A stretch of DNA of 64,000 bases from the NCBI GenBank assembly GCA_965207735.1, contig OZ242296.1, positions 3,648,001-3,712,000 of the forward strand, written 5' to 3'. The notes below the pieces were generated by a model that was given only the letters and a program-made list of their open reading frames with translations, was not told the DNA's origin and made no database searches. Each line of letters starts with the position of its first letter. Positions within the stretch are counted from its first letter, which is position 1. Source of the stretch: Candidatus Versatilivorator sp. (GTDB lineage Bacteria > Acidobacteriota > Terriglobia > Versatilivoradales > Versatilivoraceae). The position numbers were made by a program, and so were the translations under genes. Shown here in pieces: positions 1-9,813 of this stretch.

Positions 1-227
1 AGTTGCAGGCAGGCCCGGACGAGCGCCCGGGTGTCGGCTCACTTGCTCAGCAGCACCTGGGATGGGAAATCATTGCCGACTGGTCACGTGTGGGAGGCAT
101 TATACTTTGAATGGAAAAGCAGGGGGCAAGAAAAAATTGACCGGCCTGCTCCGGCTCCCTGGCTGGAGAAATAGAGGTTAAGAGGTCTCAGGTCCGATTT
201 CCGAGCACGATCCACGGCACCGGGCTA

Positions 228-255
228 TTGACAATCCGCTTTTTTGGAATAAAAT
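228..255 (+). promoter_or_regulatory. sigma70-like promoter of the respiratory cluster
   Basis: TTGACA (228-233), 16-bp spacer, TAAAAT (250-255), about 110 bp upstream of the Rieske gene. Confidence 0.6.
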
Positions 256-367
256 CTGGATACTTCCGTAGTCGGCGCACATTCTTGCTCGCCGCCCAAC
301 ATTTTGCCTAGCAATCAAAGTTCAACCAGACTCTGCCAGTCACGCCTCGGAACCCTTGGAGGAGTGG

Positions 368-1009
368 ATGCCAAATACTGAAAGTGACGGTCCGATGCAA
401 CCCCAAACCGGTGCGACTCCAAGAGCCGCGCCTTCGAGGCGGACGCCGCCCGCCCCCGCCAAGGTTCAGCAAAAGTCCAAGGCAGGGTTGTTATCGAGGA
501 TTCTGAATATCTTCGGGAACGGTGCGTCGGTCGATCCCGCCAAGCGGCGGCGTCGCACGGTGCAGGCCCTGGTCACGGGGTTCCTGGGAATCAATCTCTT
601 GATGTTCCTGCGTTTCTTCTTTCCCAGAACCCTGTTTGAACCCAAGACGCTGTTCCGCATTGGATATCCTTCCGACTTCGGCTACGGCGTGGATACCAAG
701 TTTCAGAAAAGGCGGATCTGGGTGGTGCGCGACGCCGAGGGGCTCTTTGTGGTTTACGCCCGCTGCACCCACCTGGGATGCACTCCGGACTGGAAGCCCA
801 GCGAGAACAAGTTCAAGTGTCCCTGCCACGGAAGCGGTTACGACAGCATGGGAATCAATTTCGAAGGCCCGGCTCCCCGTCCCCTGGACCGCGCCAAGGT
901 TGAACTCGACGCCGAAGGGCAGATCGTGGTAGACACCAGCGTCCTCTACGAATGGCCCAAGGGGATGCGGTCGGAGTTCCGGGATCCGGGAGCGTTCCTG
1001 CAGTTGTAG
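368..1009 (+). CDS. Rieske iron-sulfur subunit of a Rieske/cytochrome b complex
   Basis: CTHLGC and CPCHGSGY boxes, GPAPRPL motif, RR-containing basic stretch before one TM helix; GGAGGAG RBS before ATG 368. Confidence 0.95.
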   Translation: MPNTESDGPMQPQTGATPRAAPSRRTPPAPAKVQQKSKAGLLSRILNIFGNGASVDPAKRRRRTVQALVTGFLGINLLMFLRFFFPRTLFEPKTLFRIGYPSDFGYGVDTKFQKRRIWVVRDAEGLFVVYARCTHLGCTPDWKPSENKFKCPCHGSGYDSMGINFEGPAPRPLDRAKVELDAEGQIVVDTSVLYEWPKGMRSEFRDPGAFLQL

Positions 1010-1065
1010 CCGGTAGCCGATTCTGCGTAGCGGGGGTTGCAAGTATCCATCCGAGGAGTCGATCC

Positions 1066-1971
1066 ATGGCAGACGATCTGAAAGAGCAGAAACCAGCGGG
1101 CAAGGGGGCGGCCTTGATCGACGGCGTCCTGAAGGAAGTCAAAAACCTCAAGGAGAAGGCCCTCGACGATGTTAAGTCGCTCAAGAAGCCCCAGAAGACC
1201 CAACTCTTCAAGTCTATCTTTCGGGTGACCCACGACGAGAAGCCGCGCAACCGCGCGCTGGGGATCCTGTCCAACGTCTTCCTGCATTTGCACCCCGCCA
1301 AGATCAATCGCGACGCGGTCGCCTACAACTACACCTGGGGCATGGGAGGGATCACCTTCTATCTGTTCATCGTGCTGACCTTTACCGGCGTCCTGCTGAT
1401 GTTCTACTACCACCCCTCCAAGGTGCAGGCATTCCGGGATATCCTCTACCTGGAACACGACGTGCCTTTTGGGAAGCTGTTGCGAAACATGCACCGCTGG
1501 GCCGCCCATTTGATGATTATCACCGTCTGGCTGCACATGTTCAGAGTCTTTCTGACGGGCTCCTACAAGAAGCCGCGGGAGTTCAACTGGATGGTGGGCG
1601 TGATTCTGATGCTGCTCACCATGCTGCTTTCCTTTACCGGCTATCTGCTGCCGGATGATCAGCTCGGTTTCTGGGCGGTCACCGTGGGCACCAACATGGC
1701 GCGGGCGACGCCTTTGTTGGGGCACGAGGGTCCGTTGGGACCGGAACTCGGCATGACCGCCTTCAACGACGTTCGGTTTGCTCTGCTGGGGGGCTCCATC
1801 GTGGACTCCAATGCGCTGTTGCGCGCCTACATCTGGCACTGCATCGCCATTCCCCTGATCGCGGGGATTTTCATGGCCGTTCACTTCTGGAGAGTTCGTA
1901 AGGACGGCGGCATCTCGGGACCGGCTCCCGTGATGCTGGAATCCGAAATCAAGGAGCCGCGACGGTTTTGA
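1066..1971 (+). CDS. cytochrome b6-like (N-terminal half of split cytochrome b)
   Basis: RNMHRWAAH..WLHMFRVF and WH..VHFWRVRKDGGISGP heme-b His pairs, KPREFNW, TGYLLP; GAGGAG RBS before ATG 1066. Confidence 0.95.
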   Translation: MADDLKEQKPAGKGAALIDGVLKEVKNLKEKALDDVKSLKKPQKTQLFKSIFRVTHDEKPRNRALGILSNVFLHLHPAKINRDAVAYNYTWGMGGITFYLFIVLTFTGVLLMFYYHPSKVQAFRDILYLEHDVPFGKLLRNMHRWAAHLMIITVWLHMFRVFLTGSYKKPREFNWMVGVILMLLTMLLSFTGYLLPDDQLGFWAVTVGTNMARATPLLGHEGPLGPELGMTAFNDVRFALLGGSIVDSNALLRAYIWHCIAIPLIAGIFMAVHFWRVRKDGGISGPAPVMLESEIKEPRRF

Positions 1972-2044
1972 GCGTTCGTTGGTGCGACGATCGTTCGGGG
2001 ACCTTTGACCGGGAACGGCTCGGAAAAGGATAAGGAGGAAATCA

Positions 2045-2980
2045 GTGGATTGGGTTCAGCTCTGGGAAATCACCACACTGCCCGACAATGTTCCCATTGT
2101 CCTGCTTATTCTGGTCATCCCTTTTTACGCCTGGTACGGCCTGCGGCAGGCATTCGCCAACGACCGGCTGATCGACAGTCTGGAAGCCGACCCGGAGATG
2201 GCCAAGACCCACCACCGCAAGACGCAACCCTGGAAACCGGGCTGGGCTCGGGAAATTCAGGTCTGGCCCTACCTGTTGCGCATGGAGTTCCTGGTTGCCA
2301 TCATTGTCACCTTCATTCTGATGGTGTGGTCGATTACCCTGGACGCTCCTCTGGAGGAGCCGGCCAATCCCTCCCTGACCATGAACCCGGCAAAGGCGCC
2401 CTGGTACTTTCTGGGGCTGCAGGAGATGCTGGTCTATTTCGATCCCTGGATGGCCGGCGTGGTGCTGCCGACCCTGATTCTGGTAGGGCTCATGGTGATA
2501 CCCTACATGGATTCCAACCCGCTCGGGAACGGCTATTACACCTACAAGCAGCGGAAGTTCGCCATTTGGGCCTTCTGCTTCGGCTTCATCGTGTTGTGGT
2601 TGTCGATGGTGGTCATTGGCACATTCATTCGGGGTCCGGGGTGGATATGGTTCTGGCCCGGCCAGACCTGGGACCACAACAAGCTGATCTTCGAGGCCAA
2701 TCGGGATCTGCCGGATATGTTCGGCATCACCAGCATGCTCGGCAAGAGCCTCTTCGGGGCGGTGGTGGTGGGCCTGTTTGCCCTGGTGACGGCCTTGGGA
2801 GTACACAAGCTGTTTACCTGGAATGAGTTCAACCGGAAAATCTACAATCGCATGAGCTTGATTCAGTACCTGCTCCTGCAGTTTTTTCTGGTCACCATGA
2901 TGCTCTTGCCGGCCAAGATGGTGGCTCGACTGGTGTTTCGGATCAAGTACGTTTGGGTCACTCCCTGGTTCAATATCTAG
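2045..2980 (+). CDS. cytochrome b subunit IV-like membrane protein
   Basis: PLEEPANP..NPAKAPWYFLGLQE (PEWY-equivalent), multiple TM helices, GAGGA RBS, GTG start. Confidence 0.85.
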   Translation: MDWVQLWEITTLPDNVPIVLLILVIPFYAWYGLRQAFANDRLIDSLEADPEMAKTHHRKTQPWKPGWAREIQVWPYLLRMEFLVAIIVTFILMVWSITLDAPLEEPANPSLTMNPAKAPWYFLGLQEMLVYFDPWMAGVVLPTLILVGLMVIPYMDSNPLGNGYYTYKQRKFAIWAFCFGFIVLWLSMVVIGTFIRGPGWIWFWPGQTWDHNKLIFEANRDLPDMFGITSMLGKSLFGAVVVGLFALVTALGVHKLFTWNEFNRKIYNRMSLIQYLLLQFFLVTMMLLPAKMVARLVFRIKYVWVTPWFNI

Positions 2981-2998
2981 TGGGTAAAGGAGGAATCG

Positions 2999-5900
2999 GT
3001 GCCGAAGAAACCCCCGGTTGGAGACGATCCGGTCCTCAACCGATCCCTCGGTCGCATTCTTTTGATCTCATCTCTGCTGATGGTCCTCTCTCTGCTGTGG
3101 GCGTTGTACGATGAGACCTACGGCCTCAGACCCTGGAAGGACTACCAGAAGCGCTTCGTCAGCCTCTACAGCCGGCACCTGAGGCAGATTCAGCCGACCC
3201 AGGCCCGGGCCGAGCAGGCCGTCCGCCAATCTGCGGAGTACCGGACGCTGAGTGATGCGGTTACCAAGGCCGAAGAGTCGATTGCCCCTCGAATCTCCGA
3301 TCTGGACCGCGAGACCAACCAGATCGTCGGCAGGCGGTTGAGCGTCATTACCGAGCCCTTTGCCATCACCCGCAGCGAGATCGCGGCCCTTGTCTACCAG
3401 ATCGAAACCGCCACCAGCCAGAAGGATAAGGACGCTTTGCAGCGTGAGATCGATGCCATCAAGGCCCGCGAGGTGACCCTGAGGCTGGCTTCCGCCAACG
3501 GTGCCGGGGAGGTGGTGGAGAGGGAGGAACGCTTCAATTTCAACCAGTTGGAGACGGAATTCAACCGCTTGCAGGCCAGGCGGGCCGAGTTGGGAGCGCA
3601 GCGGGCGGAACTGGTGAAGGCCTCCAACGAGTTGCGGGGGGAGAGGGATACTCTGCTCAACGACCGCCTCACCGGTTTGACCGCCTCTCAGATCCGAGGG
3701 TTGCGGGAAAAGATGCGCAACTTCGAGCTGGAGATCCGGCAGATCCATGTGGCCGATGTAGACTTGGTGGACCGCTGTGAATCCTGTCACCTGGGCATCA
3801 GGGAGCCGGTGGTGCTGACCAAGGCCGACATGGGAGGCGAGGAAGTATTTGTCAGCCACCCCAATCCCGCCCTGTTGGCCTTGCACGATCCGGAGCAGTT
3901 CGGTTGCTCCACCTGCCATAACGGTAACGGAAGGGCGACCACCAGTGTCCGCAAGGGCCATGGTCGCCACAAGTACTGGTTGTGGCCGCTGTTCTACAGG
4001 GAGAATTTCGAGGCCGGTTGCCATCAGTGTCACGCTCAGGATCTGGTGCTCGATCATGCCGAGGTCCTGAACCGGGGAAAAGAGATCTACTACGTCGAGG
4101 GTTGCGTGGGCTGCCATCGCTTCGAGGGCTTCGACACCGAGGCCGAGGCGCTGACCGAGGTTCAGTCATCCATTCACGCGTTGGTCGAGGACCGGAAGGA
4201 GATGGGCAAGGAGATCGAGCAGAGCGTTCTGTCCGGCGATAACGCTCAAGACAACGCGGAAGCTCAGCGGTACTACGCCCGGGCGGACGAACTCAAGCAG
4301 CAGATCAGCAACCTGGACCACGAAATGGAGCGGTTGGAGGTGCGTTCCGCGGACCTGCAGATCGAGCAGAAAAATATCGGACCCAGCTTGAAGGACGTTC
4401 GCTTCAAGATCCGCAAGGAGTGGATTCCGGTCTGGCTGGAGAACCCGCACGCCTACCGCCCCTCCACCAAGATGCCGGCCTTTCGCCTGGACGAAGGGCA
4501 GCGCCGCGCCATTGCCGCCTTCGTCTGGCAGGCGGGGGCCGAAGGGAAATTGCCCAGCCAACCCCAAGGCAACGCCGTTCGGGGGAAGGAGCTGTTCGAG
4601 ACGCGGGGCTGCATGGGCTGCCATGCCGTGGGCGAAGGGGATGCGGCTCAAGGGAGCTCGTTCGCGGCCAACTTGTCGCGCGTGGGGGAAAAGGTGCGCT
4701 ACGAGTACCTGGTCCCCTGGATTCACAACCCTCAGGAGCGTCAACCGCTGTCGGTCATGCCCAGCCTTCGGCTCAGCCAGGAGGAGACTCGGGACATCGC
4801 CAGCTATCTCATGGCGCTCAAGCAGGCCGACGCTTCCTACTCAGAGGCCGACTACCTGGACGATCCTGCGCTCAGGAGCGAAGGATCGATGTGGGTCAAG
4901 CACTTCGGCTGCGCGGGTTGCCACGAAATCGCAGGCTTCGAGGAGGAAGGGCGCATCGGAACGGAGTTGACCCGCGAGGGCAGCAAACCCATCGAGCGGC
5001 TGGACTTCGCCTTGCTGACCCACGAGGCCAAGCATGACGGCTGGTACAACCACAAGGGCTTCTTCGAGCGCAAGCTGGAAGACCCGGCCATCTTCGACCA
5101 GGGCAAGATCAAGACCCCCGTGGAAAAGCTCCGGATGCCCAATTTCAAGCTGACTGACGAGGAAATCGCGGGCTTGACCACCTTTCTGCTGGGGAGCGTC
5201 GACTCCACCCTGCCCGAACATTTCTTCTACGCGCCCGGCGACCGGGGACAGGATATTCGGGAAGGCTGGTGGTTGGTGAAGCGTTACAACTGCATGGGAT
5301 GCCATCAGGTGAGGCCCGGACAGCAGTCGGACCTTTCCGGGATGGCCCGCTATCAGGATCCGGACTGGAAGGAGCAGCTTCCGCCGACGCTGGTCGGCGA
5401 GGGCGCTCGGGTGGACCCGGATTGGCTGGCGCGTTTTCTCAGAAACCCGGCCATGGATTCCGGGCGCACCGACAGCAACGGTGTGCGCGGCTATCTCCAC
5501 GCCCGCATGCCCACCTTCCGTTTTTCCGACAGCCAGATTCAGAAGATCGTTCGCTTCTTCGAAGCCCTGGCGGCCCAGGATCGGCCCTACATTCCAACTC
5601 GACTGGAACCGCTCAGCAACCGGGAACTCGAACTGGCCCGGCAACTCTTCACCTCCAAGGCGGCGCCCTGCCTGAGGTGTCACGCCACCGGGAACCCGGC
5701 TCACGACCGCAACGCCACCGCGCCCAATTTCCTGTTGGCCAAGGAAAGGCTGAAGCCCGGCTGGACCGAGCGCTGGATGGTAGCGCCGGAAATGATCGCC
5801 CCCGGCACGGCCATGCCTTCCGGACTGTTCCAGAGGGATGGCGACCGCTGGGTCTTTGCCGGGTCGCTGCCTCCCGCCTTCAGGGACTACGCCAAGGACC

Positions 5901-6004
5901 ACGCCGAATTGCTGGTGCGGTACATGTTCCAGTTGACGCCTCAGGAACAGCGGCGACTGATGTCGCGAATGCCCGCGGCGGCAACCAGCGTGGCCAGCCG
6001 CTAG
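2999..6004 (+). CDS. membrane-anchored multiheme cytochrome c (8 CxxCH)
   Basis: N-terminal TM; CESCH, CSTCH, CHQCH, CVGCH, CMGCH, CAGCH, CMGCH, CLRCH; five xxMP distal-Met motifs; AGGAGG RBS. Confidence 0.92.
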   Translation: MPKKPPVGDDPVLNRSLGRILLISSLLMVLSLLWALYDETYGLRPWKDYQKRFVSLYSRHLRQIQPTQARAEQAVRQSAEYRTLSDAVTKAEESIAPRISDLDRETNQIVGRRLSVITEPFAITRSEIAALVYQIETATSQKDKDALQREIDAIKAREVTLRLASANGAGEVVEREERFNFNQLETEFNRLQARRAELGAQRAELVKASNELRGERDTLLNDRLTGLTASQIRGLREKMRNFELEIRQIHVADVDLVDRCESCHLGIREPVVLTKADMGGEEVFVSHPNPALLALHDPEQFGCSTCHNGNGRATTSVRKGHGRHKYWLWPLFYRENFEAGCHQCHAQDLVLDHAEVLNRGKEIYYVEGCVGCHRFEGFDTEAEALTEVQSSIHALVEDRKEMGKEIEQSVLSGDNAQDNAEAQRYYARADELKQQISNLDHEMERLEVRSADLQIEQKNIGPSLKDVRFKIRKEWIPVWLENPHAYRPSTKMPAFRLDEGQRRAIAAFVWQAGAEGKLPSQPQGNAVRGKELFETRGCMGCHAVGEGDAAQGSSFAANLSRVGEKVRYEYLVPWIHNPQERQPLSVMPSLRLSQEETRDIASYLMALKQADASYSEADYLDDPALRSEGSMWVKHFGCAGCHEIAGFEEEGRIGTELTREGSKPIERLDFALLTHEAKHDGWYNHKGFFERKLEDPAIFDQGKIKTPVEKLRMPNFKLTDEEIAGLTTFLLGSVDSTLPEHFFYAPGDRGQDIREGWWLVKRYNCMGCHQVRPGQQSDLSGMARYQDPDWKEQLPPTLVGEGARVDPDWLARFLRNPAMDSGRTDSNGVRGYLHARMPTFRFSDSQIQKIVRFFEALAAQDRPYIPTRLEPLSNRELELARQLFTSKAAPCLRCHATGNPAHDRNATAPNFLLAKERLKPGWTERWMVAPEMIAPGTAMPSGLFQRDGDRWVFAGSLPPAFRDYAKDHAELLVRYMFQLTPQEQRRLMSRMPAAATSVASR

Positions 6005-6131
6005 CAATCGCCGGGACCGCCCTCGAATTTGAGGGCTGGAAGTGTTACATTAATCATCGGGTGGTGGCGAGGCCGCTCCCCCGGTTTTGCCCCGACCCCA
6101 ACTTTATTATCATCCGGTCAGAGAGGTCATT

Positions 6132-6935
6132 ATGATGCGGTCGAAGAATTACCCGTGCTTGCCTGTTGCGCTGCTGGCGGCTCTCTTTGCGGGGGCCTGC
6201 GGCAGCGTCGACATCGACGATGAAGATCTGGATGGCGTCGATGGGACCGAAGCTCCGGCAACGGTCACCAAGGTGGATCCCGCTACTGCGGCTACGGTCA
6301 ATGGCAAAGTCTTCTTCGAAGGCGACCTGCCCAGGGCCAGGCGGCTGGCGATGGACGCGGAACCGGCTTGCGCCGGTCTGCACACTGCACCTGTCTACTC
6401 CGAAGTGGTGGTTCCCAACGACAACAATACGCTGAGGCACGTCTTCGTGTACGTCAAGGAAGGCCTGGACGGCATGATGTTCGAGACGCCCAGCGAACCG
6501 GCAATTCTGGATCAAAAGGGGTGTATCTACCTGCCCCACATGCTGGGCGTCCAGATCAATCAGCCGGTCAGAATCCTGAACAGCGATCCCACCACCCACA
6601 ACGTCCATCCGACCCCCAGGAACAATCGCGAGTGGAACGAATCCATGGCTCCGGGCATACCGCCCAAGGTGAAGAAGTTTCCTCGCGAGGAAGTCATGAT
6701 TCCGGTCAAGTGCAATGTCCATCCCTGGATGAAGAGCTATATCGGCGTTTTGCCGCACCCGTTCTTCTCGGTGACCGACGGGGATGGCTCGTTCGAAATC
6801 ACGGGACTGCCTCCCGGCGACTACACGATCGGCATCTGGCACGAGTTCCTGAAAGAGGGTGTCACCACCCAGAAGGTCACCCTGGCTGCCAGCGAGTCCA
6901 AATCGGTGGAATTCACCCTGAAGCAGGCTTCCTGA
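6132..6935 (+). CDS. lipoprotein with cupredoxin-like and carboxypeptidase-regulatory-like domains
   Basis: Lipobox LFAGAC; HNVH and KCNVHPWM; C-terminal DGSFEITGLPPGDYTI motif. Confidence 0.8.
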   Translation: MMRSKNYPCLPVALLAALFAGACGSVDIDDEDLDGVDGTEAPATVTKVDPATAATVNGKVFFEGDLPRARRLAMDAEPACAGLHTAPVYSEVVVPNDNNTLRHVFVYVKEGLDGMMFETPSEPAILDQKGCIYLPHMLGVQINQPVRILNSDPTTHNVHPTPRNNREWNESMAPGIPPKVKKFPREEVMIPVKCNVHPWMKSYIGVLPHPFFSVTDGDGSFEITGLPPGDYTIGIWHEFLKEGVTTQKVTLAASESKSVEFTLKQAS

Positions 6936-7017
6936 GACCGACGATTCCCAAGGGATCCGCTTCGCGAAGACGGCTTCGCTGTGGAATCGGTCATTCCCCG
7001 GGCCCGCTGAATTCTTC

Positions 7018-7944
7018 ATGAACCACTCATTGCCGACAAGCATCGGTAGTGCCGGGAGTTACCACTACTTTGCAGTGCTCACGGCCTGCTTCACCTTTCT
7101 GCTGATCGTTGCCGGGGCCCTGGTCACTGGGAACGAGGCGGGCTTGTCCGTCCCGGATTGGCCGTTGTCCTACGGGTCGTTGAATCCGCCCTGGGAAGGG
7201 AACATCCGCTATGAGCACGGGCACCGAATGGTGGCGGCCTTTGTGGGATTGCTGACCATTGCGCTGGCCGTCTGGGTGTGGAAGAAGGAGACCCGCGGGC
7301 CCGTGCGCAAGCTGGGATGGATCGCTCTGGGGGTGGTGGTCGCCCAGGGACTCCTGGGAGGCGTCACTGTCCTGTGGTATTTGCCGGCCCCGATATCGGT
7401 CCTGCACGCCTGCCTGGCCCAGGCATTCTTTTGCCTGGTGGTCAGCCTGGCCTGGCTGTCCTCTCCCGCCTGGGAACGGCGGGTTCGGGACCGAAGCCTT
7501 GGCCTTCCGCTCAACCGACTGGCCATGGCCACCGCCGGGGCCATCTATCTCCAGCTTCTGTTGGGCGCCATTTTTCGCCACACCCAATCCGGGATTCTGC
7601 CTCACCTGTTGGGGGCTCTCCTGGTTACGCTGTTGGGCGGATGGCTGATCGCTCGCGTGTTCCTATCTCCACAAGCATTCTCGGGACTGACCGGCGCCGC
7701 AACCCTGCTGGGGGTCCTGCTCGCGCTTCAACTCCTGCTGGGTCTGGCTTCCTGGCTGTTGCGGCTGGCCGCCGCCGATGCGGTGCAACCGGAGTTTCCG
7801 CTTGTGGCCGTCACCACCGCGCATGTCGCCGTGGGCGCCCTGCTTCTCGCGAACGGTGTGATTCTGGCCTTGCAGTCCTGGGGGGTCCGGACTGGAGATA
7901 GACGGGCCGAACTAGGCGCCTCGGCAGCCCCGGTGAAACCATGA
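7018..7944 (+). CDS. ctaA: heme A synthase (CtaA/Cox15 family)
   Basis: AGLSVPDWP, EHGHR, QGLLGG, further conserved His in TM helices; located next to heme O synthase and cox genes. Confidence 0.9.
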   Translation: MNHSLPTSIGSAGSYHYFAVLTACFTFLLIVAGALVTGNEAGLSVPDWPLSYGSLNPPWEGNIRYEHGHRMVAAFVGLLTIALAVWVWKKETRGPVRKLGWIALGVVVAQGLLGGVTVLWYLPAPISVLHACLAQAFFCLVVSLAWLSSPAWERRVRDRSLGLPLNRLAMATAGAIYLQLLLGAIFRHTQSGILPHLLGALLVTLLGGWLIARVFLSPQAFSGLTGAATLLGVLLALQLLLGLASWLLRLAAADAVQPEFPLVAVTTAHVAVGALLLANGVILALQSWGVRTGDRRAELGASAAPVKP

Positions 7945-8927
7945 ACAGCGCCGAAAAAATCCTCAAGGTCGGGGGGATGGCGGTTGCGGAGGCACCGGCG
8001 CTTCCGGTTCTGCTCGGCGCCGACCGCTGCAAGGCCAAGCCGGCCGGCCGGGGGAGCATCCTATCCGCCTGCGGAGCTCGGGCGTCGGCTTACCTGGAGT
8101 TGACCAAGCCGGAAGTGACCTTCCTGGTTCTGGTAGCGGCCGGCCTGGGATTTGCCATGGCTTCTGCCCGACTGGACTTGCCGGGCTTGATGCAGGTGCT
8201 GCTGGGGACCGGTCTGCTGGGTGCCGGGACGGCTGCTCTCAACCAGTGCCTGGAGTGGGCTGACGACGCCAAGATGCGGAGGACAGTCCGCCGGCCGATT
8301 CCATCGGGGCGTTTGGCCTTGTGGGAAAGCTACGGGCTGGGAGTGGTTTCGGCCTTGGCCGGAACCGCCTACCTGACCGTATGGGTGAGTCCGCTGGCAG
8401 GCCTGATCGGCTTGACGGCCTGTCTGGCCTACTTGGCCGGCTATACTCCGTTGAAGCGAAAGACGGCTTGGTGTACCTTTGTGGGAGCGTTCCCGGGAGC
8501 GGCTCCCGTGCTGATCGGATGGACGGCGGCCGACTCTCTCTCGCTGCAGGCCGGGGTACTGTTCGCCGTCTTGTTCCTGTGGCAGTTCCCCCATTTTATC
8601 GCCATTGCCTGGATGTATCGGGAAGACTACGCCAGGGCGGGCCTGTTGATGCTTCCGCGGGGCGATGCCGGGGGAAGGCGGGCGTTCCGCCAGATTATGG
8701 CCTTCTCGCTGGCCCTGGTTTCCGCCAGTCTGGCCCCGTACTGGCTGGGGATGGCCGGCTCGATCTATCTGACGGCCGCGCTTTGCCTGGGAGCCGGATT
8801 CCTCTATTACGCCTGGCGGGCCTACGCCCAGCGAACCAAGCAGCAGGCCAGACTGTTGCTCCACGTTACCGTCATCTACCTTCCGTTGCTCTACCTGATG
8901 ATGGTGCTCGACAAGGTGGGAGCTTGA
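7941..8927 (+). CDS. ctaB: protoheme IX farnesyltransferase (heme O synthase)
   Basis: LELTKP, DAKMRRT..RPIPSG, YTPLKR, WQFPHF, YREDY. Confidence 0.95.
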   Translation: MNSAEKILKVGGMAVAEAPALPVLLGADRCKAKPAGRGSILSACGARASAYLELTKPEVTFLVLVAAGLGFAMASARLDLPGLMQVLLGTGLLGAGTAALNQCLEWADDAKMRRTVRRPIPSGRLALWESYGLGVVSALAGTAYLTVWVSPLAGLIGLTACLAYLAGYTPLKRKTAWCTFVGAFPGAAPVLIGWTAADSLSLQAGVLFAVLFLWQFPHFIAIAWMYREDYARAGLLMLPRGDAGGRRAFRQIMAFSLALVSASLAPYWLGMAGSIYLTAALCLGAGFLYYAWRAYAQRTKQQARLLLHVTVIYLPLLYLMMVLDKVGA

Positions 8928-8976
8928 AATCCTCCTCAGCCCGGGCTGAGAGGATATCTACCAAGGAGATTCATTT

Positions 8977-9768
8977 ATGGCGCTTGCATTGGCAATTTTG
9001 ATCTGGGCGATTGTGCTGGCGTCCGTTGTCTTGTTCACGGGGGAATTTGGCTGGTTTCCGCCGCAAATCTCGGCTCACGGCGATGCCATGGACGCCCAGT
9101 TCAACAATACCCTGGTTGTGGTGGCCATCGGGTTCATTCTGGCCCAGGTGGCTCTCGGCTACTACGTGTGGCGATACCGCGACCGGGCCGGCGGGCGGGT
9201 CGTCTATACCCATGGCAACGCCAAGTTCGAGGTGGCGACCGTCCTGATCACCGCGGTCACCTTCGTGACTCTGGCCATCATCGGTCAGCGCGTCTGGATC
9301 GATCTTCATCTGGAGGATATGCCCGAGAATGCCGTCCAGGTCGAAGTCACGGCTCAGCAGTTCGCCTGGAACTTCCGTTATCCCGGTCCCGACGGCCAGT
9401 TCGGAAGAACCGTCCCCCGCCTGATCAACGACCAGTTGAACCCGGTGGGACTTGACTCCGGCGATCCTGCCTCCAAGGACGACGTCGTCACCCTCAACCG
9501 CATGGCAGTTCCGGTGAACCGCGATATTCGGCTCACCCTTCGTTCCAAGGACGTCACCCACAGCTTCTTTGTGCCGGCCATGCGCTTCAAGCAGGACACG
9601 ACTCCGGGGCTGGCCGTGCCGGGGCATTTCAAGGCGCTGAAGACTGGAGAATATGAAATCGCCTGCGCAGAATTGTGCGGGTTGCAGCACTACAAGATGA
9701 AAGGGTTCCTGATGGTCATGTCGGACCAGGAATTCGAAGCCTGGCTGAAGGAGCGCGCCGAATTCTGA
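8977..9768 (+). CDS. coxB: cytochrome c oxidase subunit II (CuA, no fused heme c)
   Basis: Two TM helices, QQFAWNFRYP, DVTHSF, CAELCGLQHYKM. Confidence 0.95.
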   Translation: MALALAILIWAIVLASVVLFTGEFGWFPPQISAHGDAMDAQFNNTLVVVAIGFILAQVALGYYVWRYRDRAGGRVVYTHGNAKFEVATVLITAVTFVTLAIIGQRVWIDLHLEDMPENAVQVEVTAQQFAWNFRYPGPDGQFGRTVPRLINDQLNPVGLDSGDPASKDDVVTLNRMAVPVNRDIRLTLRSKDVTHSFFVPAMRFKQDTTPGLAVPGHFKALKTGEYEIACAELCGLQHYKMKGFLMVMSDQEFEAWLKERAEF

Positions 9769-9813
9769 TCCGAACCAACGGCCCCCGGTCCCAGCCAACA
9801 AGGGAGATTGTTC

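Noticed and set aside
1-104. Possible riboswitch or ncRNA on the minus strand downstream of TATAAT (99-104), with a gtcggc/gccgac stem
   Set aside because: No convincing match by eye to TPP, fluoride, ZTP or SAH consensus, and truncated by the window edge; needs an Infernal search
272-290. sigma54 promoter upstream of the Rieske gene
   Set aside because: GG-to-GC spacing is 11 nt, not 10
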